Positions 61,143-64,000 of a stretch of 64,000 nt of DNA are shown one piece after another. The notes beneath the pieces were generated by a model. That model was given only the letters and a program-made list of their open reading frames with translations. It was not told where the DNA came from and made no database searches. The number at the start of each line of letters is the position of its first letter. The stretch's first letter is position 1. Source of the DNA: Phenylobacterium sp. (GTDB taxonomy: Bacteria; Pseudomonadota; Alphaproteobacteria; Caulobacterales; Caulobacteraceae). Location: NCBI RefSeq assembly GCF_004299445.1, contig NZ_SCTC01000057.1, forward strand, positions 28,798 through 92,797, given 5' to 3'. The translations under genes were made by a program, and so were the position numbers.

Positions 61143-61273
61143 AGCGCCCCCTCCACCGCTTCGCGGTCCCCCTCCCCCATTGGCATGGGGGAGGAACTGA
61201 TGCGGAAAGATCGCCCCCCAGTTCCTCACCCGCTTGCGGGGGAGGGGGACCGCGAAGCGGTGGAGGGGGCGCT
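61143..61273. repeat. palindromic intergenic element (REP/CIR/RPE-like, possible non-autonomous mobile unit)
   Basis: Perfect 36-bp terminal inverted repeats at 61143-61178 and 61238-61273, plus an internal GAGGAACTG/CAGTTCCTC pair. Confidence 0.85.
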
Positions 61274-61853
61274 ACGGCCGGGGCTTGGCGTTGCTCCACT
61301 TGGGCGCCGGCGCGACGTAGTTGCGGAACGCCTCCAGCGCCGGCTCTGTCGCGTCGGCGTAGATCAGCATGTCGACGTACTGCTGCCCGATGAACCCGCT
61401 GTCGGCCATCTTCTGGATCGTCTGAGCCATCAGGTCGTAATAGCCGCTGGTGTTCACGAACCCGCACGGCTTGGCGTGGATGCCCAGCAGCGCCCAGGTC
61501 CACTGCTCGAAGATCTCCTCGAACGTGCCGGGGCCGCCCGGGAGGCACAGAAACGCGTCCGACAGATCGGCCATCTTCAGCTTGCGTTCGTGCATCGATT
61601 TCACGACGTGCAGCTCGGTCAGGCCCCGATGCGCGATCTCGGCGTTGACCAGATCCTCCGGCATCACGCCCAGCACGCGACCGCCCGCAGCCAACGCCGC
61701 GTCGGCCACGGCGCCCATCAATCCGGTCTTGCCGCCGCCATAGACCAGGGTCAGTCCGGCCTGCGCGATGGCGGTCCCGCAAAGGACCGCTTCCTGCATG
61801 AATTTCGGGTCCGCTCCAGGCGATGACCCACAGAAAACACAGATGTTCTTCAA
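61272..61853 (-). CDS. LOG family (TIGR00730) nucleotide phosphoribohydrolase
   Basis: CVFCGSS, VYGGGKTGLMG, MHERK, PGGPGTFEE (PGGxGTxxE). Confidence 0.92.
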   Translation of the reverse strand: MKNICVFCGSSPGADPKFMQEAVLCGTAIAQAGLTLVYGGGKTGLMGAVADAALAAGGRVLGVMPEDLVNAEIAHRGLTELHVVKSMHERKLKMADLSDAFLCLPGGPGTFEEIFEQWTWALLGIHAKPCGFVNTSGYYDLMAQTIQKMADSGFIGQQYVDMLIYADATEPALEAFRNYVAPAPKWSNAKPRP

Positions 61854-62039
61854 GTCAGCGCCTGACTGCAGAGCTGTGGCGAAAGGGTCGCTCCCTTATT
61901 CCGAATACCAGCGTGTGTCACGACCGCTGGTCTAACGGAAATTCCGCGGCTACAACTTCTGTACGGCTCGTCAGGGCGATTAGCCGGGCGCATCCCCATG
62001 GGCGGCGCGGGACTTCTATTTGCGGTTAGGTTTCGACGA

Positions 62040-62636
62040 ATGGCGAGCGGCACGGTTAAGTGGTTCAACACGGCTAAAGGCTTCGGTTTCATCCAACCTG
62101 ACGATGGCGGCGCAGACGTCTTCGTTCACATTTCGGCTCTGAATCAAGCAGGCCTCGACAGCCTCAACGAGGGCGACAAGGTCGCCTACGAACTCGAGCA
62201 GGATCGGCGCTCGGGCAAGCTGGCGGCGACCGGCATCGTGGTCACCGAGGCGGGCGCCCCTGCGCCGCGTCGCTCGGGCGGCTTCGGCGGCGGCGGTGAC
62301 CGCGGCGGCTACGGCGGCGGTGGCGGCGGCGGCTACGGCGGCGGCGGTCGTGACCGCGGCTTCGGCGGCGGCGGCGGCTTCGGCGGCGGCGGCGGCGGTC
62401 GTGACCGCGGCGCCGTGATGGGCTCCGGCTCGGGCGAAGTGAAGTGGTTCAACCCCACCAAGGGCTTCGGTTTCATCAAGCCTGAGGGTGGCGGCCAGGA
62501 CATCTTCGTCCACATCTCGGCGGTCGAGCAGGCCGGCCTGTCGGGCCTCAACGAAGGCCAGCGGGTCAACTTCGACCTCGAGCAGGACCGTCGTTCGGGC
62601 AAGACCTCCGCGACCAACCTGAAGGTCTCGGGCTAA
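62040..62636 (+). CDS. cold-shock protein with two CSDs joined by a Gly/RG-rich linker
   Basis: Two copies of KWFN-x-x-KGFGFI and [VI]FVHISA; linker GGFGGGGDRGGYGGGG...RDRG. Confidence 0.95.
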   Translation: MASGTVKWFNTAKGFGFIQPDDGGADVFVHISALNQAGLDSLNEGDKVAYELEQDRRSGKLAATGIVVTEAGAPAPRRSGGFGGGGDRGGYGGGGGGGYGGGGRDRGFGGGGGFGGGGGGRDRGAVMGSGSGEVKWFNPTKGFGFIKPEGGGQDIFVHISAVEQAGLSGLNEGQRVNFDLEQDRRSGKTSATNLKVSG

Positions 62637-62643
62637 CGCTCCT

Positions 62644-62685
62644 GGGGGCCTGCTCCAGCGGGCCCCCGTTCAGCCCCGGCTGAAC
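62644..62685 (+). terminator. two adjacent hairpins after the csp gene
   Basis: Stem GGGGGCCTGC/GCGGGCCCCC (62644-62667) and GTTCAGCC/GGCTGAAC (62668-62685). No U-tract, so function is uncertain. Confidence 0.45.
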
Positions 62686-62705
62686 CGCAACGCCCCTACG
62701 GCGTT
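62681..62705 (+). promoter_or_regulatory. possible SigT/EcfG (general stress) promoter
   Basis: TGAAC-N16-CGTT against the GGAAC-N16/17-CGTT consensus (one mismatch), about 40 nt before the start codon. Confidence 0.35.
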
Positions 62706-62744
62706 GAGAACGCTCCAAGCGAGAAACCTCGTGGAGCGTTGATT

Positions 62745-63233
62745 GTGCGTCCCTTTCTCAGCATCGCCGCCTGTAGCCTGATCGCTGCGCCGGGCGCCGC
62801 CATGGCGCAAACCCTGCCGCTTTCCGAGCCGCCGCATCCCGCGGTCCTGGCGCCCACGCCCACGCTGGCGCCGACCCGACCCGCGCCCGACGCGGTCACC
62901 GTCCCGCCGCCGCCGGCGCCCGAAGCCGGCGCAGCGCCTCCCCAACTCGAGCCGCCCACGACCGTCCCCCCGGTGATCGTGGCCAAGGAGGACAAGGGCG
63001 GCGGGGCCAAGACCGTGGTCGGCACGACGGCCCTTGGCGTCGCCGGCGGCCTCGCGGGCGCGGCGGTGGCCGGACCCGTCGGCAAGTTCGCCGGCGGCTT
63101 CATCTTCAAGCGCGTCGCCCAGGGCCTGTTCGGCGACAAGGACAAGACGCCCGAGCTGACAGTGATCCCCCAGACGCCGGCGGCCGCCGACTCCGCCATG
63201 CCGGCCGCTGACCGCGTAGCCGACGAGCGCTAG
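62745..63233 (+). CDS. exported Pro-rich protein with a glycine-zipper segment
   Basis: Signal peptide ending AMA-Q, Pro/Ala/Thr-rich stretch, GxxxG array TALGVAGGLAGAAVAGPVG. Confidence 0.65.
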   Translation: MRPFLSIAACSLIAAPGAAMAQTLPLSEPPHPAVLAPTPTLAPTRPAPDAVTVPPPPAPEAGAAPPQLEPPTTVPPVIVAKEDKGGGAKTVVGTTALGVAGGLAGAAVAGPVGKFAGGFIFKRVAQGLFGDKDKTPELTVIPQTPAAADSAMPAADRVADER

Positions 63234-64000
63234 GGCCGAACCGGCGATGGCCGCGCGATCCCGCCCCCCGGCAGCTTCGCCACATAGGGCCCGAAGCGCA
63301 CATCCGGGGTCATGTAGTCGGTGGAGACATACTGCGCCCCCGAAGCGAAGGCGGCGGCCTGCCGCGAGGTGTCGTTCGTGCGGGCTTCGCGGGTGTCGGC
63401 GTCGGCGCGGGTGCGCACGATGAGCCCCGCCTTGATCGCCGCCGCGATCCGGGCGGCCTGCTCCTTGGGCTCGTTCAGCGTGATGTAGCCGGCGGCCGGC
63501 GACGTCTCGTCGACGTTCACGAAGGCCGCGCGCCCTTCCAGCACCTTGCGATCCCCGCGGTAGCGGGCGACCTGGTCGGGCGGGCAATCGAGCGCGATCA
63601 TCACCTTGCCGCGCGCGGCCTTCAGCGACGGCCAGGCGCCGGCCGCGGCGGCCTCGCGCAGGGTGGCGTGTTTGCCCTGCACCTTGTCGGGCGTGATCAG
63701 ATCGATCTCCGGAAACACGGATCGGATCTCGGCGTCGACGAGGTCCATGGCCTTGGCGTCGAACAGCGGCGCCTTGATCGCGCCGGGCATCGAGGGGCCG
63801 CCTTCCTTCAGGTTCAGCAGGATGATCAGCGGAACGTGGTCGCGATGCCTGAGCGACCAGGCGCGGACTTCCTTCAGGCACTGGACGAACAGCGGACAGG
63901 TCACACGGTAGTCGACGGAGGGCTCGTGGATCACCTTCAGGCCCCGCTGGCGGTAGGGCGTAAAGTCGTAGGGCTCGGCCTTGGCGCCGGCCATCTTGAA
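63230..64000 (-). CDS. PI-PLC-like phosphodiesterase (Ca2+-dependent PI-PLC-C1 type), 5' truncated by window
   Basis: KVIHEPSVDYRVTC, HVPLIILLNLKE, LITPDKVQG, GLIVRTRADADT, GAQYVSTDY. Frame is open to base 64000. Confidence 0.75.
   Translation of the reverse strand, partial: FKMAGAKAEPYDFTPYRQRGLKVIHEPSVDYRVTCPLFVQCLKEVRAWSLRHRDHVPLIILLNLKEGGPSMPGAIKAPLFDAKAMDLVDAEIRSVFPEIDLITPDKVQGKHATLREAAAAGAWPSLKAARGKVMIALDCPPDQVARYRGDRKVLEGRAAFVNVDETSPAAGYITLNEPKEQAARIAAAIKAGLIVRTRADADTREARTNDTSRQAAAFASGAQYVSTDYMTPDVRFGPYVAKLPGGGIARPSPVRP

Noticed and set aside
61272-61853. LOG protein as part of the SLOG-cyclase/TIR module
   Set aside because: It is a standard stand-alone TIGR00730 protein 25 kb away, in a housekeeping context.

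Overview
High-GC chromosomal window from an alphaproteobacterium, most likely Caulobacteraceae (Phenylobacterium/Caulobacter-like). The assignment rests on the recA-alaS synteny, an alpha-type LexA box, a Caulobacter-type mcpA...cheD-cheU-cleA-cheE operon and a PEPxxWA-CTERM protein. I see no rRNA, tRNA, CRISPR array, integrase or transposase. Housekeeping and core genes: alaS, recA, katG, a 12-gene chemotaxis operon, a hybrid histidine kinase, fatty-acyl-CoA enzymes, tauD, a LOG protein and a two-CSD cold-shock protein. Four accessory modules stand out. (1) A convergent pair of a TIR-TM-TPR receptor and a TPR-S/SLOG/class III cyclase with a non-canonical specificity pocket; a PEP-CTERM gene is coupled to the TIR gene. 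This is a candidate TIR -> SLOG -> cNMP relay with Thoeris-like logic. (2) A three-gene operon encoding a signal-peptide-bearing CHAT (caspase-like) protease, a TpsA beta-helix exoprotein and a TpsB transporter. (3) A probable sulfoquinovose monooxygenase (sulfo-SMO) cluster using a GH188-like sulfoquinovosidase, TonB-dependent and MFS uptake and a LacI repressor with visible operators. (4) A BlaI repressor with two tandem sensor-less M56 peptidases, each behind a duplicated promoter with two operator boxes. A solitary tandem SLATT-like membrane protein lies upstream of recA. All family assignments come from motif recognition by eye; no database searches were run. Several starts were moved from the ORF-track values to downstream codons, most with a visible RBS or an overlap with the upstream stop.
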